Assembly (NCBI GenBank): GCA_038249665.1
Contig: JBBSDF010000006.1
Location: forward strand, 17,685-81,684
DNA: 64,000 bases
Direction of reading: 5' to 3'
From: Chitinophagales bacterium
GTDB lineage: Bacteria > Bacteroidota > Bacteroidia > Chitinophagales > Chitinophagaceae
Shown: in pieces, positions 49,260 to 57,923 of the stretch
Layout: every line of letters starts with the position of its first letter
Numbering within the stretch: the first letter of the stretch is position 1
Made by a program: the position numbers and the translations under genes
The notes under the pieces: model-generated
Told to the model about the DNA's origin: nothing
What the model saw: only the letters and a program-made list of their open reading frames with translations
Databases searched by the model: none

Positions 49260-52200
49260 ATGAAATTAATTACACTTTTGATGATATTGTTGATCACCAT
49301 AATGTATCAACCAATAAGCGCACAACAATTTATTGAATACCCACCCTATCATACAGAAAATCAAACTTTTAAAACGGCTGTATCTTTTTTTATTCCAGAC
49401 AGAAATCAGGTGATGGTACTGCACAATGGTCAATACCAAATGTACAATTCCCAAGGCAATCCTATTGGCGCTCCAGTAGCCATCCTTCAGCTAGAAGGGG
49501 ATGTTAAATTTCCATCTGTTTCTAGATCAGGAAAAAAAATATTGTTTTACTCACCTTCAAGCGATGTTTTAAAAAAGCAGGGAATTTCCGTATTTGATAC
49601 CGACTCAGGCTATGTATTGGGGACTTATGAAATCGATTATTTTGATCAAATAGAGCGAACAAGATTTTTGGGTGACAGTATATTGAATATTTACAGCAGA
49701 GATGACAAGACCTTAAAATTAGCCACTTGGAACCTTCTAAATTCCCAACTTAAGTTATCAAGGATGGTGGAGGAGGAAGACGGATTTTTTGGAACGCCTG
49801 ATCTTACTGTTTGGGGTGAAGGTTTACAACTGGTCTATCGCAAGCAGGATACACTAGCGTTCATAAATCGCAAAGCCGATGGTAACAATGACCCGTATCT
49901 AAAAATAATTCCTTTGCCTTCAGTTCGTATGAAGTTAGACATTCGCTATTCCAATGGCTTCCCTTACGCAGTAGTTGTTGATTTAAGTGCAAAGAAAACC
50001 AGCTTTTTTAGTGCTTCTGACAGCATTTTTGTAGACCATGCCATCTTGAATTGTGCTCCTACTATCATTGCTGCAGAAGGGAGTCCAGAACATTGTTATG
50101 TTTTGTACCTCGACAGCAGTAAAAAGGCACCCTTTCTTTCTTTGTTTGAAGCAGTCTGCAACAAAATAACGACTACTACAATTCCGGCAGCATTTGTGCA
50201 AACTCACTTTATCCATTTATTCATCGAAAAAGATTTGATAGTAGCCAGCCATCGATTAAATGGTCGTATGGAAGCTTATAGTATAAGTACAGGTTTATTG
50301 TTATGGAGTTTCTCCCCCAGCGAAGAGGTTACACTTTTAAAAGATACGACTGTAAATGCATTACCTGCAGATCTGTTCAAAGTAATGATGAAGCAAGGAA
50401 CCAAAGATGTTTCTGGTATCTGTTTTGATCAAAAAAACAATCAATTGTTGCTAATTAAAAAAAATGAACAATTGATCACGGTTGATGCCAGGTCTGAAAC
50501 CGGAGTTCAATGGGAATCCTTTTACCAGGAAGGATCCCGCATTATATCAAGCAAACTTTTACCCGGAAACAGATTTATTAATATTGAAGAAGAATACTGG
50601 AAGAAGGATGAAACCAGCACTTTTGAAAATTATGAAGGAAAAATTGAAAGAGACGAAAATTTGAATGCTAAAAATTACATCTATCCCAATGGTTATAAAA
50701 TCTACGACCGTGTGAAAGGTAAAGTTATTTTTAATATCAAAACAAAAGGTTTAATTAGGATCAAGATCATTAATGATTCTTTGATTGCATGGAGCCAATC
50801 GTATGAACTGTCTGCCGCAGATTCCATTACAATTTTAAACTTACATACTGGCAAAGTGGAGAACAACAGACCCCCGACAAAAGGCGCTATTGGTGATTAC
50901 GAAATTGCATTTGCAAACAACCAATTCCTTTTTTTGACCGCACAAACCAATCAACAAATTCAGCTGATCAATGCTGCAGGTAAAATTCTTTTTACCAGAA
51001 AACAATCGTATTACGAAAACGTACTAGAAAATGTGGCTTTTACCAGCAATGCCGCGTTTTTATATTTTAAAACTGAATTATCTAAAGAACTCAACCAGGT
51101 GTATCGTATTTTGAAAGATACAGTAGAGCTAGCAGGTAAAATTCCAGTAAATATTATTGTATTAGATGAAACGACTGTAAAAGATCAACTTTATTTTTTG
51201 TATGCCAAACAAATAAAAACTACTAAAGAAGAGGAATATCAATTTAGGTTTTTTCATCTGAACAGTGGCAAGGATAAACTGATTGAAACGATTTCATCAG
51301 AAAATTTTGACAAATACAAAGATTATCAATTGTATCCTTCTGCGTCTTATTATACAGAAATAAATAACGGTATCGTCACCTGGAAAGCGTTGAACAACGG
51401 GGTTGTAATAAATGAATTTGGTCGTTCAGAAAACAGCATAGCATCCATTACCTACAGTGCAGATGGCAGGTATCTGGCAGCAGGAAGCCCGGTCGGTGAA
51501 GTAATGTTGTGGGACCTAGGAACTGGGAAAGAAACAAAATCACTGAGAGTGGCCAACGAAGGCTATATCACTAAATTAGCCTTTAGTGGCGACGGTAAAT
51601 ATATAGCAGCATCCAGCGGAGACATTTGGGAAACAGCAACGGGTAAAAATGTAGTGAGTGTCACAGACGGTGGAATTTGGGCAGTAAATAGCATCGATTT
51701 TTCGAATGATGGAAAACGTATCATTAGTGCGGGTGCTTGCATCATCAGTTGGGATGCAGCAGACGGAAGTAAACTATTTTTTCAACAATACCCCGGAAAA
51801 AACGATATGGACAGCACCAACAATTGCTGGAATCCAAATGGTTGTGTTGATCCGGCGTTTAAATATATGGCGCATAGTACTGCTTTCCATCCCAATAGTA
51901 AAGATTTTGTGGTCGGTAATAAATCTGGCATTGTGCAAAAGTGGAACACAGAAAATGACTCATTATATACAGCCAAGATATTACCCACTATACCCACTCA
52001 AATAGATAATAATATATTTGACATAAAATACAGTAGAAATGGGAATTATGTGATGGCAGTGCAAGAAAAAATGATGTATAAACTGAACGGAAATACGTTG
52101 GCGGTTGAAGACTCGCTGCAGTTAAATACCGGTGAAAAAATTTTGGGCATTGATGTGGATTATGAAGGTGAATACATCGGATGCATCACAAAAATTGGTA

Positions 52201-53780
52201 AAGAATATGTTGCCCAGCTGAGAAGTTTTAGTACTTTAAAAGTGGTTCATCAATTTACAACTGATGGTGGTGCTTTTAATAAAATTTCCTTCTCCCCCAA
52301 CAAAAAACACCTCGCTACAGCCAGTGAAGATGGTTTTTGTACTATATGGGATTACAAAAAATTAGCACCTGTGATGTACCTTAATAGCATGGGCGCTTAC
52401 GGAAATGTAATGGTGACGCCCGATAACTTTTACATGGCTTCTAAATCTGCTTTAGAAGGGGTTAACTTTTTTAAAGATGGCCAATTTTATTCCTTCGATC
52501 AGTTTGACCTATACCTCAACAGACCAGATGTTGTATTGGGTAAATTGGGCTATGCCAATCAGGAATTGATTCGATTTTATAGAAATGCCTACCTCAAACG
52601 CTTAAAAAAAGTTACAGGAAATACCAGTGATACCAGTATGAAAGATTATGTGCCGGAAATATCGGTCAGCAATCGTGCAGCTTTACCTGCGGTAATCAGC
52701 AGTGGAACGATACCGTTATCTCTACAAATAAAAGATACCGCTAAAACCAAAGGTAAACTCAACATTTTTATCAATGGAAATCTGGTTCAAACATCGTCCT
52801 TCAACAATTCTAATGATACAATGCTTTTGTACAACGATTCGTTGTTTTTAACACAAGGGCAAAACAATATTGAATTTATGTACCGTGATCATGCATCTAT
52901 CGAAAGTAGAAAAGAAAAACTAGCGGTGACATATGCACCCGAAAAACCTCTACCGTCTAAGGTTTGGTACTTTGGCATCGGCATCTCAGATTATAAGAAC
53001 AAAGACATGGATCTTCGATACCCCGTAAAAGATATTAGAGACATGGTGTCAGTTTTTAAAAAGAAATATCCAAGCATCATCATCGACACCCTGATGAATG
53101 AAAATGCTAGTAAAGTCAATATTATGGCCATCCGTAATAAACTTTTGCAAACTTCCATAGAAGACAAAGTCATCATCTCATTTAGTGGACATGGATTACT
53201 CAGCGACAGTTTAGACTGGTATTTTGCCAGCGCAGGTGTTGATTTTAAACATCCGGAAACTTCCGGACTCCCCTATGATCAAATGGAAAATTTATTGGCT
53301 GGAATTCCAGCCAGAAAAAAATTATTATTATTAGATGCTTGCCACAGTGGAGAAGTAGACAAAGAAGAAGATATTACTTTTAGCAATGTAGAAACGGATA
53401 TGGACGACAGTGTTGTGATAAATCCTGCCCAGACAAGAGGTAATATTTTGATTGGAAAAAGCAAAGCGGGTTTGCAAACCAGTTTTGAAATGATGCAGGA
53501 ATTGTTTGCCAATCTAAATTATGGAAATGGTACCACGGTATTATCCGCTGCCGGTGGCAGAGAATATGCGTTGGAAAGCGATGAGTGGAAAAACGGTGTG
53601 TTTACCTATAGTTTATTGAAATCAATACAAAATGAAAAAACAGACCAGGATGGTAATAAAAAGATCAGTATTCGGGAATTGAAAGCAGCCGTTTTTGAAA
53701 AGGTAATACGTTTAACGGGCGGCCGGCAAAAACCTACCAGCAGAGTTGAGATCATGGATGATTGGTATATCTGGGAATAA
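49260..53780 (+). CDS. Exported WD40-repeat caspase-family (C14) protease
   Basis: Signal peptide; WD40 repeats (YSADGRYLA, FSGDGKYIA, FSPNKKHLA); Ig-like spacer; FSGHG (His), LDACHSG (Cys), NGVFTY. Confidence 0.9.
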   Translation: MKLITLLMILLITIMYQPISAQQFIEYPPYHTENQTFKTAVSFFIPDRNQVMVLHNGQYQMYNSQGNPIGAPVAILQLEGDVKFPSVSRSGKKILFYSPSSDVLKKQGISVFDTDSGYVLGTYEIDYFDQIERTRFLGDSILNIYSRDDKTLKLATWNLLNSQLKLSRMVEEEDGFFGTPDLTVWGEGLQLVYRKQDTLAFINRKADGNNDPYLKIIPLPSVRMKLDIRYSNGFPYAVVVDLSAKKTSFFSASDSIFVDHAILNCAPTIIAAEGSPEHCYVLYLDSSKKAPFLSLFEAVCNKITTTTIPAAFVQTHFIHLFIEKDLIVASHRLNGRMEAYSISTGLLLWSFSPSEEVTLLKDTTVNALPADLFKVMMKQGTKDVSGICFDQKNNQLLLIKKNEQLITVDARSETGVQWESFYQEGSRIISSKLLPGNRFINIEEEYWKKDETSTFENYEGKIERDENLNAKNYIYPNGYKIYDRVKGKVIFNIKTKGLIRIKIINDSLIAWSQSYELSAADSITILNLHTGKVENNRPPTKGAIGDYEIAFANNQFLFLTAQTNQQIQLINAAGKILFTRKQSYYENVLENVAFTSNAAFLYFKTELSKELNQVYRILKDTVELAGKIPVNIIVLDETTVKDQLYFLYAKQIKTTKEEEYQFRFFHLNSGKDKLIETISSENFDKYKDYQLYPSASYYTEINNGIVTWKALNNGVVINEFGRSENSIASITYSADGRYLAAGSPVGEVMLWDLGTGKETKSLRVANEGYITKLAFSGDGKYIAASSGDIWETATGKNVVSVTDGGIWAVNSIDFSNDGKRIISAGACIISWDAADGSKLFFQQYPGKNDMDSTNNCWNPNGCVDPAFKYMAHSTAFHPNSKDFVVGNKSGIVQKWNTENDSLYTAKILPTIPTQIDNNIFDIKYSRNGNYVMAVQEKMMYKLNGNTLAVEDSLQLNTGEKILGIDVDYEGEYIGCITKIGKEYVAQLRSFSTLKVVHQFTTDGGAFNKISFSPNKKHLATASEDGFCTIWDYKKLAPVMYLNSMGAYGNVMVTPDNFYMASKSALEGVNFFKDGQFYSFDQFDLYLNRPDVVLGKLGYANQELIRFYRNAYLKRLKKVTGNTSDTSMKDYVPEISVSNRAALPAVISSGTIPLSLQIKDTAKTKGKLNIFINGNLVQTSSFNNSNDTMLLYNDSLFLTQGQNNIEFMYRDHASIESRKEKLAVTYAPEKPLPSKVWYFGIGISDYKNKDMDLRYPVKDIRDMVSVFKKKYPSIIIDTLMNENASKVNIMAIRNKLLQTSIEDKVIISFSGHGLLSDSLDWYFASAGVDFKHPETSGLPYDQMENLLAGIPARKKLLLLDACHSGEVDKEEDITFSNVETDMDDSVVINPAQTRGNILIGKSKAGLQTSFEMMQELFANLNYGNGTTVLSAAGGREYALESDEWKNGVFTYSLLKSIQNEKTDQDGNKKISIRELKAAVFEKVIRLTGGRQKPTSRVEIMDDWYIWE

Positions 53781-54171
53781 CACTCGACTATTTCATTTTA
53801 TGCCCGACGAATAAATTTTCTTTACCCGCATGAGCGCTGCGAAATAGGGAAGCTTTTTTTCTGCAGCCCTTGATTTTTGTTTTTTTTCATCAAGGAAAAG
53901 AAACAAAGCTCGCGGCAGGCGTTAGAGATATTCTAAGCAAAATATTTATCAAAAAAACTATTAGTCTTGTTCATTCATCCATAGCCGTTGGCTGAAAACC
54001 AGTCCTTTTTTTATTTAGAAATACAGATTTGGTGCTAGCGATTATGACAAGGTTTTGATACAAACCAACTATGAATCGAAACAGGGCATTAGAAAATATC
54101 TTATTTAATACATTTACCCGAAGGAATTAAAAAGAAATGGATGGCACCAAAGCATTCTACATTCCGGTTAC

Positions 54172-54211
54172 AAAAAAAAGAGGCTATCCAAATGAATGGA
54201 TAGCCTCTTTT
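54172..54211 (-). terminator. Terminator of the PUL operon
   Basis: aaaagaggctatcca/tggatagcctctttt perfect 15-bp stem with a T-run on the minus strand. Confidence 0.85.
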
Positions 54212-54232
54212 AGTAGGATTATTTTTATAGAA

Positions 54233-55393
54233 TTACAATCTAGTTACAGTATATCTTTCTGTTAAGAAGTTCACCACGATTTTGTAATTACCTGCTGTGG
54301 CAGGAGTGGGAACCGCGTCAGGATCGTTACCTCCGCCGTAGTTAGCGCCCAATGCGCCACCTGCGGCATTGTTGCCACCAAATTGTGGTTGCCAGCTTCC
54401 GCTAGACGATAAAAATTTATAAGCTCTGCCAGGTACGAAAGCTATGTTAAGCTCATAAACTGAACTGTTCATTCTTGTGAAACGCTGTGCCAACGGAGGA
54501 TTGTTTACCCATCCACCAGCAGTAGCATCACCGGTGATATACAAATCCTGTGCAAGTGCATTGATTCCGAAAGAATTGATACTAAAAGTACCTGTTTGGA
54601 AGTTCATAATAAATTTGTACCAACCTGCATTACCTGGTGACTTAAAGTTATCTCCCCCTGTTCCCGGAGGATAAAATCCGAAATTGCCGCCTTGTGTAAT
54701 GGTAGGTAATTGGTTGTTGGGAACGGCATATTTTTGATCGTAAGGATTGGAACCCCCGTTCTGACTTAAAATCAAAAATTGATCATTCGCATTTAAGCTA
54801 AATACTCCACCCCAGGTTTCGTTATCTAGTCTGGCTAATTCAGACTGTGGTGTTGGAGGTGCTCCATTCCAGCTCCAAGGCAATGCACCGCCATTGGCCC
54901 ACAAACGACTGCCAGCAGGCAAACCTACTTTCGGAGGTATTTTGTAAGGTGTCATTTGCAAGGGAACAATGTTAGAAATTTTCTGATCATTGTTATTGGC
55001 AAAAGAAGAGATCAATCTGGCTTCCATACTTGCAGGTACGTTAAAAGCATATGACCTACCTAGCAAGAAGTTGTTGAGTTGTTTTGCGGTGTAAGAAGTC
55101 GACAAAGAAGCCAAAACATTACTACGCAAAGGATTGGAGAAACCTTTACCTACTGAATCAATTTCCAACACATATTTGTGATTCGAAGAATCTGTGCTGT
55201 GATTAGGATAAGTCCAGTTGAATGTAACCACAACGTTGTTAGAGTCTGCAGGGACTGGTGCAATTGCAGCTGCCGAAGCTGTTAATAAAGATGTTTTGCC
55301 TTCATCATAAAAAGGCAAGTCATCTACTTTATCGCAGGATGCAAACACGGTTAATGCTGCAACAAAGCTTAGGATGTTAAATATTTTTTTCAT
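54233..55393 (-). CDS. SusE/SusF-like surface lipoprotein
   Basis: Lipobox FASC; FNWT SusE domain, CBM-like repeats (LYITGDAT..GW, YKF, YKIVVNF). Confidence 0.8.
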   Translation of the reverse strand: MKKIFNILSFVAALTVFASCDKVDDLPFYDEGKTSLLTASAAAIAPVPADSNNVVVTFNWTYPNHSTDSSNHKYVLEIDSVGKGFSNPLRSNVLASLSTSYTAKQLNNFLLGRSYAFNVPASMEARLISSFANNNDQKISNIVPLQMTPYKIPPKVGLPAGSRLWANGGALPWSWNGAPPTPQSELARLDNETWGGVFSLNANDQFLILSQNGGSNPYDQKYAVPNNQLPTITQGGNFGFYPPGTGGDNFKSPGNAGWYKFIMNFQTGTFSINSFGINALAQDLYITGDATAGGWVNNPPLAQRFTRMNSSVYELNIAFVPGRAYKFLSSSGSWQPQFGGNNAAGGALGANYGGGNDPDAVPTPATAGNYKIVVNFLTERYTVTRL

Positions 55394-55432
55394 ATTGTTT
55401 TTTTTTATTCTAGTCTCAAAAATTGAAAAGGA

Positions 55433-56266
55433 TTACAATTTGGTTACAGTGAATTTACCTCTTTGGAAATCCACATCAATTCTGTGTAAACCGCCAACGG
55501 GAGGTGCCAATAGATCAGAACCATCTGCACGGAAATCACCACCATTTACGTTGTTACTGTTGTTACCGCCTGTACCACCAAATTTGGCTGACCAGCTACC
55601 ATACTGAGGTAATAACAAATAAGACCCGCCAGCAGTAAGATTGATTGTAAGAGTGAACAAGGTGGGCGATACCTGTGTGAATCGCTGACTAGCCAATTCT
55701 GGCTCACCACAACCACACTGCCAGCTGGCAGGAGTTGCACTTCCGGTTATGAACAATTTGTTCGTGGAAGGAGGTAGTACAACTGGAGGTGTAGAAAATG
55801 GCCTAACAGCAAAGCGCAATACATTTGAAGCCAATGCACCAACGTTGTTGCCTAGTGATGAGGTAATTCTAATTTCAACCTCCTTGGTCACATTTACGGG
55901 CAATTGTAGCTGATTGGTTAAAAAGTTATTAAACTGATCTTGAGTGAAGGTTCTGGAAAGTTCACTCGCAATAGTAATAGATTGTTTATTTGGGTTGGTA
56001 AAATTTGAACCAACCGTATCTATTTCCATCAAATAAGAAACATCTTGAGAACTCAAGCCTGTGCTGAATTTGTAATTTGGATTCGACCAGTTAAATGTAA
56101 TAGCTGGCATATCTTTGTTTGCAAAGCTCAAAGGGATAACAAGAGCTGATGCTGACAGCGCCGGAGCTGTACCGCCTTCAAATACTACCTGGTTCTCATC
56201 CTTTTCGCAGGAGAATAATCCCGTTGCTACTACTAGGAATAAAATTGATTTAATTATATTTTTCAT
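55433..56266 (-). CDS. SusE-domain surface lipoprotein
   Basis: Lipobox LFSC; ITFNWS, LFITGSATP.SW. Confidence 0.8.
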   Translation of the reverse strand: MKNIIKSILFLVVATGLFSCEKDENQVVFEGGTAPALSASALVIPLSFANKDMPAITFNWSNPNYKFSTGLSSQDVSYLMEIDTVGSNFTNPNKQSITIASELSRTFTQDQFNNFLTNQLQLPVNVTKEVEIRITSSLGNNVGALASNVLRFAVRPFSTPPVVLPPSTNKLFITGSATPASWQCGCGEPELASQRFTQVSPTLFTLTINLTAGGSYLLLPQYGSWSAKFGGTGGNNSNNVNGGDFRADGSDLLAPPVGGLHRIDVDFQRGKFTVTKL

Positions 56267-56290
56267 ATCAGTGTATTTTCTATTATTTGA

Positions 56291-57892
56291 TTAATACTGT
56301 GGATTCTGAATCAGGTTTCTGTTCGCATTGATATCCGCAGAAGGTATTGGAAAAATTTTTCTGTGCGCTGAAACAGCAGTACCAGAGGCAACACCACCTT
56401 TCCAGGGCCACAAGTAAGTGCTTTCTACAAAACGATCATAACGTACTAAATCAGTTCTGCGATGGCCTTCCCAATACAACTCTCTTGACCTTTCATCCAA
56501 AATGAAACCGAGTGTGATATCAATTACAGTTACATTCCCAGATGCATTACCATAAGATCTTTGACGCAAGTTATTGATGTAAGTCCTGGCAAGGTTAATA
56601 TCACCTACTCCACCGCGTAAAATAGCCTCAGCATATGTCAAATACATTTCGGGAAGTCTGAAAACTGGCATGTCTATATCAGCAAAAGTAAGGTTACTAC
56701 CTGCACCACCCGTTTTTGTAAGGTTTCTGAATTTTGTAATTCCGAATCCATTACTAAATGTGGAGATGCTCTGAATTTCAAGTGTTTGTCCATTAGTAAA
56801 GAACTGTGCTCTTTTGTCGGAGTTGCCGCTTGGATCAGAGAATTTGTTGACGAATGCACTGGTTGTTCTCAAACCACCCCAACCATTATCTACCCCAAAG
56901 TCAGCCGCATTCATATTTCCACCAATCGAAGCATGAACCAAAAAAGTGGTACCACCGAAACCTTGTGTTCTGGCACCATCATAATTGATCGTCCAAATAA
57001 ATTCATTATTGGCAATATTATTGTCAGCGCGCATCAGGTGTTGATAATTAGGCACTAAACCGTAACCAGCATCTATTACACGTTTAGCAAAAGTAGCTGC
57101 ATCTGTGAATTTATTTTCAGCACCGCTGGTGTAAACACCGGCATTGAGGTAAACCCTTGCCAACAAACTCCAAACGGCAGCTTGGTCTGCTCTTCCGTAC
57201 TCATTAGATTTGGCTGCAGGCATTAAAGATTCAATTTCAGTAAGTTCTTTTACAACGTATTTAAACAAATCGGCCCTCTGTATTTGAGGAGGATTAGCAC
57301 CACCAATCAAACTTTCTTCTGTAACAAAAGGAGGATTGCCAAATAAGTCCATCAGTACCCAATATTGGAAAGCTCTCAAAAACCGAACCTCTGGTCTGTA
57401 TTTACGAATTTCATCTGCACTTGCACCGGTGATACTTCGTTGCGCAAGTTTGTCATCCGTTGACTGGCGCAAAAATTCATTCACCAAAGTAATTTGATAC
57501 AAGGCTTTGTAATATACTCCATGTAAAAACAGGTTGGACGGAGACCAACTCATGTTGTGAAAATCAGGAACACCTGGGTCACCCCATGCAATCACTGCTT
57601 CATCTGTAGTAAGTTCCTGTGCTTTCCAAAATGTGCGGAAGAAATCTGAATTTTGGCCTTCATCAGATCCAGGAAAAAACACATCCGCCTGACCGGCTCC
57701 ACCAGCGTTTCCGGTGAGGGCCATCGTACCGTAAATTTTGGCCAAAGATTGTTTGTAACCCAATGGTGTAGCGTACACCACTTCAGAAGTCACGTCATTG
57801 ATCGGCGCAAGATCAAGTTTTTTTGAGCAGGACCCAACTATTAGCCCCAAGCTCAATATGAGAATTGTTATTTTAAAGAGTCTAAGTTTCAT
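56291..57892 (-). CDS. susD: SusD/RagB family nutrient-binding lipoprotein (starch-type)
   Basis: Lipobox VGSC; ELTTDEA, FLRAFQY, LLARVYLN, FRLPE.YL.YAEA, ERSRELYWEGHRRTDL. Confidence 0.88.
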   Translation of the reverse strand: MKLRLFKITILILSLGLIVGSCSKKLDLAPINDVTSEVVYATPLGYKQSLAKIYGTMALTGNAGGAGQADVFFPGSDEGQNSDFFRTFWKAQELTTDEAVIAWGDPGVPDFHNMSWSPSNLFLHGVYYKALYQITLVNEFLRQSTDDKLAQRSITGASADEIRKYRPEVRFLRAFQYWVLMDLFGNPPFVTEESLIGGANPPQIQRADLFKYVVKELTEIESLMPAAKSNEYGRADQAAVWSLLARVYLNAGVYTSGAENKFTDAATFAKRVIDAGYGLVPNYQHLMRADNNIANNEFIWTINYDGARTQGFGGTTFLVHASIGGNMNAADFGVDNGWGGLRTTSAFVNKFSDPSGNSDKRAQFFTNGQTLEIQSISTFSNGFGITKFRNLTKTGGAGSNLTFADIDMPVFRLPEMYLTYAEAILRGGVGDINLARTYINNLRQRSYGNASGNVTVIDITLGFILDERSRELYWEGHRRTDLVRYDRFVESTYLWPWKGGVASGTAVSAHRKIFPIPSADINANRNLIQNPQY

Positions 57893-57923
57893 ACAATTAA
57901 TTTTATAATTTTTATAACAAATT

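Noticed and set aside
53841-53870. AATAGGGAA...CTG..CCC resembling a cobalamin riboswitch start
   Set aside because: Other conserved elements are absent and no gene lies downstream on that strand.
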